A DNA stretch of 64,000 nt from Paraspadella gotoi (Eukaryota; Animalia; Chaetognatha), in NCBI GenBank assembly GCA_051294375.1, contig CM119266.1, positions 1,741,554 to 1,805,553 of the forward strand, read 5' to 3'. The translations under genes were made by a program, and so were the position numbers. The notes under the pieces are model-generated. The model saw only the letters and a list, made by a program, of their open reading frames with translations. It had not been told where the DNA came from and ran no database searches. Each line of letters begins with the position of its first letter. The stretch's first letter is position 1. Below, one piece after another: positions 51,589 through 64,000 of this stretch.

Positions 51589-53661
51589 CTAAGAGGTAAG
51601 GAGAGGAGAGGGTGGGGGTCAGGTTTTGGGTGAAGGTATAAGAAAAGAAAAGAATAGAAAGAAAGAAAAGAGAGAAGAAGAGAAAGAAAGAAAGAAAGAA
51701 AGACAAGAAAGAAGAAAGAAAGAAAATAAGTGAAACTAAAGCGAAAGTACATGGATGAACAATTTTTATAAGCGACGGTAGAAATAGCTGTCATTGCGAC
51801 CGCGATGGTTATTTCATTGATTTAACAATTAGTTGAGTAGAAAATACTAACAACTATTCATGTGATAAAAATTTTACACCCCCCTATTAATCAGTTTATG
51901 ATATGCCATTGATAATGAGTGGAGAAAGTTGCTTGTCCAAATCGGATTTGCATTTCCACTGTTTTTAAATTCAATTTTTTAAAAAGCTTTTAGCACTTTT
52001 TAAACAAAGTATTTATGCAAATATAACAAATATTAATATCCTCAGAAAGCCCTTAAAATATAAAGATATTGATATACTTACGAAGCTTAACATAAAAATG
52101 TAAGCTGCCCAGCCTTGGTTCAATGTAGAAATAGTGTCAAAGTAAGTTAATTTAATTTTAAAATCTTTTTTCAATATACTGACCTGTTTAAATTATTATA
52201 ACAATAAAATATTATTATTTTATAAAAGTATCAATGAAAGAGCCTAGGAAAAAAGGATTTAAGATAAGTCCAATCACAATTTGGATAAATATCATAGATT
52301 TACTCTCCCAGCTATTGATTTTTAAAAAAGATGTTCGTTTTTTGATATCCTAATTAAAATTCACATGCTGGGCGCAGTAAAAATTTTATAGCTAACAGTA
52401 TTTGTAGGACGTCATTCTTTTTAGAATTTGAAAGGGTTTCAGAAGAATAATAAAAATTAATATTATTTTTTTTCAAATTTTTCCAGAAAACTTACTGAAG
52501 TTAAGAGAAAAAATTGATCTTAAAAAGTGAGTTGGAAAAATGAACCGCGATTTTACAAGCGCAATCTTTTCTCCACTGCATTGTCCTAAGGCAATAATCT
52601 ACTGATCAATATAAAATTTTAAGCAACATAAATATTTTTAGTATTTTCTACTTAACTAATAATTTTAAAATCAATGAAATAATCAACTTGGGTTTCGACA
52701 GCGTAATTTCTAACGCGCTTGTAATTGTCACGCTATGTAAACAGAAATGAAAATTATTATATCTCATGAGACCAGAATAAAAAATTCCAAACCCCAAAAA
52801 AGGATATCGGAATATAAACAAAGAAAAGTAAAAGAAGAAAAAAAACACAAAACAAAAACAAAAAATAAGAAAGAAAAGTAAGAAAAAAATAAAAGTCGTT
52901 AAAATCCCTGAGAAAAGAATTCAACTTTGAACGCCCTTCATCTCCAAAGCTTCTGCGTAATTTTGAAATGGTCGTTGTTGTCGTGCGTTGTTGTCGTTGT
53001 TGTCGTCCCGAAATGTCGTCGTCTATCCATTATCTCGAAATTGTCCGTGAGTCGTTAGCGTCCTGTCATCGTTCATTGTCATTATCCGTACATTTTATTT
53101 AATATTTCACTGTCCATTGTCATCTTCGTCGTCGTCCATCGTCAAAAACCCACGATCCATATTCCTTTTGTTCCCTCAAGAATTGCAGAACTTTAAGTGT
53201 CAAAGCAAAATTTTTATTTTGGCCCAAATTTTTGGGGTTTTTTTCTTTAAAAAAAAAATCTCGTGTCATGGAATTTTTAATGCATAACTGATGCGACTGT
53301 TTACTTTCAACTTTAAATTCTTTCAAAAAGTTAATCAAACACTGATACTGGCGGGGAAAAAAATGAAATCAACTGCCATAAATTTTACACATTTTTCTTT
53401 CATATTTGTAATAGAAGTAACTCCTTTATTGAAATCTTTTATCGTAATGCTATAAACGCTTTCGCTGAATAATTGATTTTCCAGACTTTTGATGAAAATT
53501 CGGGTGCACTCAACTTTGAAAATTAATCAAAAATACGAAGCACCCTCAAGGAAAACATGTAAAGCGCTAGAAAAGTGGTTAAACTTACGTCAGAGAAAAC
53601 CAAAAGAGAGAGAGAGAAAGAAGAGAGAGAGAGAGAAGAGAGAGAGATGAGGAGGAGTAGA

Positions 53662-53694
<33 letters not shown>

Positions 53695-53803
53695 TGGGGA
53701 GAAAAAGAAACTGAGAAAAAGTTAGTAAAAGATGAAGTTTTTTGCCCAAATTTTTTTTTATTATTAAATTTAGATAACGACTGCGAGTTGTGCTCTCATC
53801 TCT

Positions 53804-53853
<50 letters not shown>

Positions 53854-56108
53854 CTGCTCTCTCTCTGCATCTCCTCATCTCTCTCTCTCTCTCTCGCGTT
53901 AAACTTTTCAAGTTTGTATTGATATAAACCGGATTTTTCACACCACGGCGATTTTTTTTCTCTCAACAATCCCGCCCGCGGACATTTCTCCCACCCGACC
54001 CTCCCCCCCCTTGTTTATTTATCATTCTCGACCAAATTGTTTTATTTATTTATTTATTGAGTTGCGTTATTTTTTATTAACCGATAAGTTACGATATTTG
54101 CGATTAACCCTTTGCCCTCAATCGCTTATTTACTATTTTCAGAGCGTAATGATATTTTTTTTTTACAATTTACAATTTCATGAATTTCGGCGGACGTTAA
54201 AACAAATACATTTTTGGTGTCGCAAGCATGAAATTTAGCGGCTTAACAAATTTGGAGGATCGATCCTTTTGCTTTTTTTTCTTTTTTTTTTCTTTTTTAG
54301 TTTTTTATTTAATTTTTTTTTTTTTTTGAAGGAGCGAAGACCAGTTTTTCATCAGATCATTATTTGAAGTATTTTTTTATTAAAATAGTCTGTTTTTTCT
54401 CTTTTTTTTCAAATCGCTTTTAGTGGTTCAAATTAAGACAAAGATTGGTAGTCCGGACTTTAAATCTTTATAATAAACAATTTTCCTCTTTCGCAAGATA
54501 ATTACAATAATCGCAAAGAGTTGTCCGGCCAATAGCATTTCATTTCTTCAATTATTCCGAAGACTAGGAAATTTGAGAACGATAATTCGCTCGTCCCCGC
54601 GCCAACTTCCCCGCCAAATCGCTATTATTTCGCTATTCCTTTATATCCGCCCAAAAGTTCTGAGGTTAATAAAATCTTAGTTGCGCTTTCAAAACCGGAT
54701 CACGGAAGCCCCCCCCTACCTTATGTTTCAACCGAAATTAGTGACCATATGCCAACGAAAATAAAATTGAGCTAATTTTTACCTACTTTGAATTCTCACT
54801 GTGTTCTCCCAGAATACATATCCTCTTTTTCTCCAGTATGCTGTCTCGTTTTGGCAAGGTTTTTTTTACTTTTCAGCATTAACAGCATTTTTCCAAATTT
54901 CTTTTTCCAAAATTCCTTCAATTTTCACGACTTCTTGATTTAGTTATCTTCTTAGGGGGGGTTCTATCTTTCCTTATTTCATCCCAAAGGCCTTTCCATT
55001 CCAATATCAATTTTTACCCCTCAGGTCTATGTAATCTTAAAGGACTATCCACTCTGTGGAGGAATTAGCAATTTAATTTTGATTTTTTTTTTAACATTGA
55101 ACAATGAACAGTGAACATAGTTTGGCTGAGTCTCAATAGGTCGCGTTTATATTAACATGTTTTAAAATTTTTTTCTATTTTTATTTTTTTCTATTTCTAT
55201 ATTTTTACAGACTTTAAACTTTTAAACTTGAAACTTGATATTTATCTTAAAACTTTGATAGTTAATTATGGTATTTTCAGTTATTTTCATTAATGCAATA
55301 ATTTAAAATCAGATATTACTTCCAAATTAACTTCAATCCAACAAGGTTGAATATTAAAATTAAAATTTATTTTAAAACTAGATTTCGCTGCATCCCATTT
55401 AAAACTTGTTCCTTTCCTTCAAGCGTCAATGGGTCGCCATTTTGTCCCGCGTTTTGTTTTGTTTTGCTTTTTTTTTTTCAAACAAATGAACGTTAATTAG
55501 AGAACAACGACACCTGGCGATCGTGAAAGCGTGACTGCTGAAAAATGGCAGACAACTCGAACCTTCGTCCGTGGCGAAAGAAATTGGTGTCAGTGACACG
55601 GGGAAGGGGAGACTGCAATTCTAGTGATTAGCAAACTTAGTAACGAAAACGGATTGTGAAAATCTTTCATTCTACAACAGCTTGGTGGAGCGGAAAACAT
55701 TTTCCTTTCCCGCTTTGCCCTCACTCACGCTAATATTTCTCAAGCCTCCGAATATCCAACTCAATTCTTCCCTCTCGCTATTTTGGCGACCCGGTTTATA
55801 TCTCTCCCAGGCAGAATTCTCCTCTCACTCCCATGCCCATATTCTTCTCCCATTAGGGCGTTAAGTTGCCTGCTTCGCCTGGAACTCTTTGAAACTCCCA
55901 ACTCCTCTACCTACAGGATCCTCCCATTCCTCTCTCATACCAAGCTAGACTCTCAAAAGTACATTTGCTTCATTCTCATTTTTCCCCATCAGGCCCATGA
56001 TATTATCAGGCAAAACTATGAAACCTCCCCCCTTTCTTCCATGCCTTCCCATCAGGCGAAACTCTCAACTCACTCTCCCACTTTTCTCCCATTTTCCCCT
56101 CCAATCAG

Positions 56109-56252
56109 GCTCTCTCCGTTTTCGCGACCCGGTTCCCATCCCCGCCTGGCAGAACTCAATTTACGAGGCGACGCGCTACAAGCCGCTTTGTCCCCAAAAC
56201 ATCGAGGGACTCAAGAGCGTTGTCGACTCTTACAAAGTCAACAAAACCCACG
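56109..56252 (+). CDS. Carboxylesterase/neuroligin-like gene exon (GSLRFRDPVPIPAWQNSIYEATRYKPLCPQNIEGLKSVVDSYKVNKTH)
   Basis: ATCAG acceptor, G|GTGAGG donor, phase 1/1; continues PPVG-xLRF-xxP…W…AT…CPQ family motif. Confidence 0.95.
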
Positions 56253-56454
56253 GTGAGGAAATGGGAGGGAGGGAGGGAGGGGTAGAAGGGAGAGAGGGAG
56301 AAGGGGAAGGGAGAGAGGGAGAGAGGGAGAAGGGAGAGGAAGCGTGGGGAAGGTGGAGAGAGAAAGAAAGAAGTGGAGGAATTCGGTAGGGAAATGAAAA
56401 ATATATAGCGAGGAGAAAGGGAAAGACTGGAGATAAGAGAGTGAAAGAGAGAAT

Positions 56455-56645
56455 GTGAAAGAGGGAGACTGGAATTTTATAGGAGAAGAAAAAAATGAAG
56501 GTGAAGGGAGAAAGAGAGAGAGTGAGAGAGGGAGACTGGAAGTAACAGGAGAAGAAGAGGAAGGTGAAGGGAGAAAGAGAGAGAGTGAGAGAGGGAGACT
56601 GGAATTAACAAGAGAAGAAGAAGAGGAAGGTGAAGGGGAGAGAGG
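56455..56645. repeat. ~60-66-bp purine-rich tandem repeat x3 (GAGAGGGAGACTGGAA...GAAGGTGAAGGG)
   Basis: Read directly. Confidence 0.85.
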
Positions 56646-57712
56646 GAGGGAGCAAGAGAAGGGAAATAACAGAGAGAAGAGAAAATCGTCGAAAGATTTG
56701 AAACACAACAGAAACTTGAAAAGTTTTCGCAAATCCTGAGACTGGAGACTGTAGAATGGAGAGTGAGGGAAAGGAAGTGATCGACCGCTGGGCGAGGCGG
56801 GGGAGGCGGAGAAGGTGGCGGAGGGAGGAGTCTTGTTTGTTGTTGCAGACGGTCGTAGTCGCTGCTCATTTAATTGCGTCACAAATCTGTCTTTCCTCTT
56901 TTTTTTTTCTTTGGCCTTTTGCACGATGGCTCGTCTGATTTGCAATGATGAAAACTGTAATATATAAAAAAAATATTCATTCGTTTTATCATGCCCCTTG
57001 CTTTGGACAATGGACAGGCTATTGTGAGCTAAGACCTTGTAAGACCCCGTAGCAGCTCAAAATGCAATCCAATCCAATTCAATGCAATGCAATCTCACAA
57101 TCCCATGAGCTTTTAATGATAGGCATTCTTACTAAAAAAAAAATAAAAATTCTAATCAGCTCCGGAAACGCAGTCCCACCCAGCCGTCTTTGCTCCGATT
57201 CTACCGCCAGGCCACACTCGGCTTAACAACACAACCCCGTGGGTCTCCAAGAGGAGAAAGACTTTTTGATGGCGAAAAAAAAAGTTCGACTTTTTTTTTT
57301 TTTTTCGCGCGGAGGCAAAAGCGGAGAACGAGATTTGACGAAGCGTACGGTAGTGCATATTGACATGGGACGTGGGGGGAATAGGGGCGGAGAAGTGGAG
57401 AAGGGGGAGTGTAGGGGGAGGTGCCAAGGTGCGAAAGGTGAGAGGCTGAAAAAAGGCGAAAAACAGAGAAAAGGAGAAAGAAATTGGGGAAAGCTAAAGA
57501 AGGGGAAAGCAAATAACTGAGAAGAGAAAGGTGGCAGGAAATCAAAGCTGATGGCTTGAAGATTTCGATGGTTCAAGTTACTATTTGCGTAAAAGTGTGA
57601 AAGCGAAACTGTATCATAGGAAAGTGACGAAAAAAAAACTAACAACAAATAAACTGAGATAGAATAACATGGAAAGACAAAGCGAACCGAGGATAGGAAA
57701 TGTGAGGTTAGA

Positions 57713-57812
57713 CAAGGCAAGGCAAACAAGGCTAAGAAAGTAAAAGGTAGGACAAGGCAAGGCAAGGCAAGGCAAGGCAAGGCAAGGCAAGGCAAGGCAA
57801 GGCAAGGCAAGG
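57713..57812. repeat. (GCAAG)n pentanucleotide microsatellite
   Basis: Read directly. Confidence 0.95.
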
Positions 57813-59372
57813 AAGTTGAAAAGGAGGAAAAAAAAACAGAAGCGCAACAAAAAATCTTGAGCCAAGTTCGCGCAGCATTAAAACAACGTCGTGCAGCATT
57901 TATTTCGCCTCGAGCAGCATTGTGTAACTTTAGCATTAAACCCGCTTCCAAACTGCATCAAATTCAAATTCGCGATTATGCGGTACTGTGCAGCATTAAA
58001 GTCAGACTGCGCGGTAGCAGCATCTTAAAGACGCATCCGTACCTCATTTTAATCTCATAATGCTTAATATTTAAGCAGCATAATGCCGCATTTTAAAAAC
58101 CGCGTGTTGCCCGATTATGTTTCCGAAAAATCAATTCAGTTTCACCGAAACTCGATCTACTTTGGCTAAAAAAAAATGTTTCAACTTTCAATTCGAAAAT
58201 TGTCGCGACGGAATTCGCCAGTGGGAACATAACTCAGAACTCGTGACAGAATTTCGACTTTTTGTGATATAATTTATTGTTAATGATTTTGCTCATTAGT
58301 CGAGACTTAATCCGAAATAAGTTCTTGTTTCCCTGAGTCCTGCGTCGTGAAAGTCGGATGTGGTTCCTGCGGTCGTCGTGGTCCTGGTTGTGGTCGACCA
58401 CGTCGTCGTCATCAGCTTCGTCTTCTTTGTCATTATCTTTATCATAATCTTTATCATCATTATCGTCATCATCATCATGATCCGTATTAATCTTTGAAAT
58501 TATCATCATCATCGTTTGTCATTTGTTGTCATGATGATAGTTGTCGATTGGATAGTCGTCATCATAATCGTCGTCATCGTCGTCATCGTCGTCGTCATCG
58601 TCTTATTAGTCGTCGACTTCGTCGTTGTCAACGGCAGACTCAAGCATTTGTCAAATTCTCCTCTTCATCTCTCTTTTCGTCGTCGTCGTCGTCGTCGTCG
58701 TCTTTATCGCCAAGACGTTTCCTCGTTTTCCCCAAATTTCTCGCCCCCTCAGCCGCCGCGTTTGGTCGCTGCGGCTGCTGCCACGTCTGCTTGCCGCGGC
58801 TGCTGCCACTCGGTTGTTGCCGCCCTGATTGCTGACACGCAGTTGCCTAGTTTGCAGCCACGTCGCCACCTGGTCGCCGTCACTTCGCACCAATGGTTCC
58901 TTACACAATACACAGTTGACACACTGTGGCGACGAAACTGCCTCGACCAAAACAATTACGTTTCACTTATTATATACTAATGTTACTTGGTCGTTTAGCG
59001 TTGCATTGCAAACAGCTCCTCAATTGCTGAAGACATTGCATACTTCATTGCTATCGTTTTCTTTTCTAAGAAATCATTTTTTTCTTCTTCATCAACTCAA
59101 ATCTCAAAATTCTTTTCAATTTTATCTTTTTTTTAAAATTCATTGTTTTCGTTACAAACTTGCAATGAAAACCTCTCAATTTCACTGTCATTGTTTTTGT
59201 CGTCGCTTTTGTCATTCATCTTCGTCTTGGATGGACTCACCATTAAACTCTTTCTCTCCCAGGCAGATTCTCGCTTCCTCGCAATTTTCTCCCACGACTC
59301 CCTTCTTTCAATCATTGACTCTTGCCTCTCGCCTTCTCACCCCATCTGGTTTTTCTCATTGCAATTTTCTTG

Positions 59373-59494
<122 letters not shown>

Positions 59495-59532
59495 CCGTGT
59501 CATTGACTCTTGCCTCATTGCCACCCCGTCAG

Positions 59533-59689
59533 GCTTTTCCCTCCTGGAAACGGCGGATGTCGCCATTCCGCTGATGACGAGCGAAGATTGTCTCCACCTC
59601 AACGTTTTCGTTCCCATTGCTGCCGCCAAAGACGGAGAAGACGACGACGACGACGACGTCGACGGATTGAAGCTGGAGGCGGCGCTGTG
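59533..59689 (+). CDS. Carboxylesterase/neuroligin-like gene exon (GFSLLETADVAIPLMTSEDCLHLNVFVPIAAAKDGEDDDDDDVDGLKLEAAL); gene continues beyond the window
   Basis: GTCAG acceptor in phase 1; SEDCLHLNVFVP is the type-B carboxylesterase EDCLxLN signature; donor TG|GTATGG is the best candidate, so the 3' boundary is less certain. Confidence 0.93.
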
Positions 59690-60177
59690 GTATGGTGTGG
59701 GTCGGGATTATGTAGGAGTAAGTTTGGAGTGAATAGAGGTCGGTCAGTCGAGAGTTAGATTGGATTTTTTTTCTATTCCTGAAACTGAGAAAGAAAAATA
59801 AAAAAAAAATTAGGAGAAACTAAACTAAGATTAGGAGAATCAGGAAGAGAGAAGAAGAGAAACGAGAGAGAGAGAGAGAGATGAAGACGAGAGGAGAGAG
59901 AAGAGAGAGAATTAGCCCCAAAGATCGGTGAAGGTGAGGGAGCAAAAGCGCGAGATTGAGAGAGAGAGGAAAAAGCGAATAGAGAGAGAGAGAGGGAAAA
60001 GAGAGAATTTGAATATCGAGCCATGAATTATGCAAACTGCGCTAACTTCGCTTTCTCTTCTCTCCTCGTGTTCATCTGTTTCGGCAAATTAATTCAAACA
60101 TAACCCCAGCGGTTTCTTAGTCTTTCTGCCTCTCTGTCTTCTCTCCTCTCTCTCTCTCTCTCTCTCATCTCTCTCCT

Positions 60178-60208
<31 letters not shown>

Positions 60209-60744
60209 CTCTCCTCTCCTCTCTCTCTTCTCTCTCTCACTAACTCTCTTTCTCCCTCTAACGTGCGTCTTTAAAATCATGCGTCTACTACGGAACTGGT
60301 AAAAAGGAAACAAAAGGGAAACCGAAGGAAAATAAAAAAGAAGAAAGAAAAGAAAACAAAAGCGAAAGAAGAAAAAAAAAAAAGGAAATAGAAGACAGGA
60401 ACTAAAAACAAAAGGTTTAAAACACAAGAGGAAATAAAAAATGAAAATAAAATATACTGTATACTACTACATTAAAAAAAGAAAAAAGAAAAAAAAAAAA
60501 GAAAGAAAAGAAAAAGAGAAAAGAAAAGAAAAGAAAAGAAAAGAAAAGAAAGAAAAGAAAAGAAAGAAAAAAAAAAAAATAGGAAAAGAAAAGAAAAAAA
60601 AGAAAAAAAAAAGAAAAGAGTAAAAGAAAAGAAAAAGAAAAAAAAAAGGAAGGAAAGATAAAGAGAAGCAATAAAAGAAGGAAAGGAAAAGAAAACGGAA
60701 TAGATGATCTGCGATGAATGAATGGATCAAGGAAAGAGAGGTTG

Positions 60745-60970
60745 AGGAGATGGAGGGAGTGGGAAGGGAAAGAGGGGATGAGGAAGGGGTAGGATATGAG
60801 GGATGTGGAAGGGAAAGAGGATGAGGAAGGGGTTGAGGATATGAGGGATGTGGAAGGGAAAGAGGGGATGAGGAAGGGGTCGAGGAGATGAGGGATGTAG
60901 AAGGAAAGAGAGGATGAGGAAGGGGTTGAAGGAGATGAGGAATGTGGAAGGGAAAGAGGGGATGAGGAAG
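60745..60970. repeat. ~43-45-bp tandem repeat x~5 (ATGAGGGATGTGGAAGGGAAAGAGGGGATGAGGAAGGGGT)
   Basis: Read directly. Confidence 0.9.
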
Positions 60971-63900
60971 AAGGAAAAGAATTGATGATGATTTTTGAGT
61001 AAAAAAAAGGAAAAGAGGAAGGAGCATCCTTGGCTCATATCAGATGGATCACTAATTGAAAAAATAAAGAACGGTTAATTCCAATTGCTGTTGCGCCGCT
61101 TTGACTTTATATTCATATGTATTGACATGACATGACATGACATGACTAACAAACTTTTTTTGCCCGTGTATTTATGACATGCACTGCATTAAATTTCTGT
61201 CTTTTCTTCCTTATATAGTAGAGTTACCCAAATTTTTAATTACACCAGATGAGAGGTCACGAACTCATTTTATATAGTTCTTTTTTGTCGTGTAGAAGAC
61301 ATTGGGACTAAACCTGAAAAAACTTGACCGGAAAGGAACTCTCCAGAGTTTCCAAGTGATCGATTACTTTGCGCGGTTTTTCTTTGATCGTAATCTTATA
61401 AGTCGAAATTAATTTAAAGGATTTTTTTTAAAAATAAATAATGATTAAATCAATACTTTATTTGATTTTGAAATATATTTTGATGTAGACTTTATATTTT
61501 TTATTAAACCCTTTTATTTTTTAATAAAATTTATTAATAATATAATATTATATAATATAAAAATATAAAGATGATCATTAGTTTTTTGATAAATACTTAC
61601 TAAAAGTTATTCCTAAATTTGTAAAGAATAAATATTAAAAAAGTAATATTTAGCAGTACGTCTAGAAAAAAAAATCAAAATACACAATATTAAACTTTAA
61701 AAACTACAAAAAAAAAATGGTTAAAATTTAAATTATATTCTCCATAACTTTTAAAATTTTTTGAGCTTTTATGGCTTAAATTTGCGCCTTTATTACAAGA
61801 GAACTGTCAAATTTAGATTAAAATTATGCAATATTTTCAGAATCTGCTGAGTCTTTGCTTTTAGTAAATATCAAAAGTGTTTGGAAAATGGCCCAATTGA
61901 CTATTTTGTGCCATGAGTAAATTGTTTCTCCTAAGAAATTGTAAACTTTTATTGGTTTAAAACAGATTCAAATTTAAAAACAGTATTACATAAAAAATTA
62001 AAGTAAAAATTTTAATCTACTTGGTCTTGCCTTTTATTAGATAGCTAGATTGCATATATTATCATGATCAAGTAATGTTTTTTGAATATGTATCAAGACA
62101 TGAATAAACTCAAGGGGAAAATATTATATTACATTAGTATGGCAATTATATGATTTAAATAGCCCCAGATAAATAAGAAGCTATATTGGAACAAATTATC
62201 CTGAATAGTTAGTAAAACAAAACTTTTCTTCCTTCTGTTTAGATATTTTTGACTCTTTGGTGGAGAATTTAGTGATGCCCCCGAATAGAGAGTGGTGTTT
62301 GTTTGCTAAGAAAGTTAAATTAGGATATGGTAAAAGGCTTGCCTGCATGGTCTACTGATGCTCATGTTTTTATTTTATTGCAAGTTCTAAACTAGCGTTA
62401 AACTTGTATAATAAAACTTATTAACTACAGTTCAAGTTTATTATGCCTATGAGTTAAACAGAATGATTGGAGTGATGTAGTTCAAACAAATCCAATCAAA
62501 ACCTTCTTTCTCTTAAGTCAAACACAAAAAAAAGGGAAAAAAATTGAGGAAAAAACTGGATGAACCTGAGTTTTGACTTGAATCTTAATATAAAAAAAGT
62601 AATAATTATGCGTAAATGAAAAAAACAACTGGCAGGTTAGTCTTATGTCTTGTACTTTATGCGAGAATTTTCCAAAGTAACAATAGAAACATATGAAGCA
62701 AATTATGTACGCATTAGCATTTAATTTGTGGGTTCACTTATTTATAAAGGTCTTTGATATAAAAGAAAACAAGTTTTTATTCCAGCATTAACAATGTTTT
62801 ATTAATAATAAAGCGTTTCGACTCTAGCGTTTATGCAAGTCTTCTTTCAACGCGGTGTTGAACTCAAACAGATTTCGGCTTTCACAAAGATTCCTTCCAC
62901 AAAGAATTGAAGAAAGATAGTTGGTCACAAGAAATGAGGATCTAGTGTTGAGGTGAGAATAGGGGAAAGGAGAGAGAGTGAATAAATCTGCAAAACTATG
63001 TAAAGAGATTAGAGATAGAGAGAGAAGTAAGAGCGGGAAAAATCATTATATTAAGCAATATTACAACAAAGATAGATTTAAATTAGCAAAACTTAATTTT
63101 AAACTAAAGAAAAAAATAATAAAGGTAAAATAAGTTGATAATTGAGATGTAAGATAAAATGAAATAGAAAAAATAAGTGGTTAGATGGATAAGATAAGAG
63201 ATAAGGGAAAATAAGTAAAGAAAAGAGCTCAAAATTAGCCCAAATGTAGTGATTTTTCCCTTCTCTCCTTACCAGTATGCGTTCAAATTTATTCACTCTC
63301 TCCTCCTTCCCTATCCTCACCTTCTCTTGTCCTCCCATTCTATCCTTTTTCTTAATTCTTTGTTGGAACTCTCTTTCTTCTCTCTCTCTCTCTCTCACCA
63401 CTCAATGCTTTGTGAAACCAAAATCTGTTGAGTCAAACGTCGCCCTGATGAAGACTCGAAAAAGCAAGAGTCAAAATGATATCCAACCTTTATTGTTGAT
63501 AAAATTGTTTTATTGCTAAAAAAATATAATGAAAAAAAAACTCAAAGTTTTGCACTATATAACCTTGTAGCCATTTAATAGTTACCTCACCATTTTTTCA
63601 AGAATTGACTATTTCATATTTTTATAGTTAAAAGTTAGTATATTGATTGAATTTTTATATAATCACCTGCCAGCCACACCTATAACATTTCATAATACAT
63701 AATTAATCCAACATCTCCACCCAAATATTATTTAAAATTAGTGTGGTAGCATTAAAACGAGTTTATGAACATTTAAAATTTAAGTCAGATAGACTGACAG
63801 AACGACAAAACCTACCCACCAACTTAGAGAATAATGATTTGAAATTGCTCCCCAAGCACTCGCCCCACCCAGCTAAAAAGTTACTGAATAACTTTATCTA

Positions 63901-64000
63901 ATTACTAACATTAATTAACTTTAAATAAAAATATTTTAAATGTCCATTTCCTCAAGCTTCAATTTTTGGCAAAAAGTAAGGACTCTGACTATTACTTGGA

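Larger units (their letters stand above)
42438..54719. repeat. ~6-kb inverted duplication (arms 42438-48441 and 48564-54719) centred on a 25-N gap
   Basis: Reverse-complement colinearity along the whole length; the right arm accumulates single-base indels toward its distal end. Confidence 0.97.

Noticed and set aside
58651-58950. Nested Cys-containing ORF (CVNCVLCKEP) as a zinc-finger gene
   Set aside because: No ATG start, no complete zinc-finger pattern, no convincing splice sites.
59700-64000. Next esterase-family exon (PVxVxIHGG motif)
   Set aside because: Searched by eye and not found; presumably beyond the window.

Overview
Eukaryotic (animal-like; species not identifiable from this window) genomic DNA, AT-rich and saturated with microsatellites ((GA)n, (GAC)n, (ATTC)n, (AAAG)n). 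Almost all ORFs in the supplied track are translations of simple repeats. Reading across splice sites recovers two genes: (1) the last four coding exons of an ANKRD54 orthologue (+, <2-2402); (2) the 5' part of a secreted type-B carboxylesterase/cholinesterase-fold gene with a neuroligin-length Cys loop (+, probable ATG 37687, exons to 59689, continuing beyond the window). A third, speculative, multi-exon gene on the minus strand (17356 to 7482) would encode a ~78-aa protein starting MGSGCG, with a perfect RFX X-box palindrome in one intron. Mobile DNA: a 950-bp TA-flanked Tc1/mariner-type MITE, several tRNA-derived SINE heads, HINE/DINE-1-like fragments and a probable solo LTR. The assembly is locally unreliable: four 25-N gaps, a noisy tandem duplication (27887-35610 vs 35876-39650) and a ~6-kb inverted duplication (42438-48441 vs 48564-54719) that look like long-read gap-fill or haplotype artefacts. 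No CRISPR array, rRNA or intact tRNA was found.
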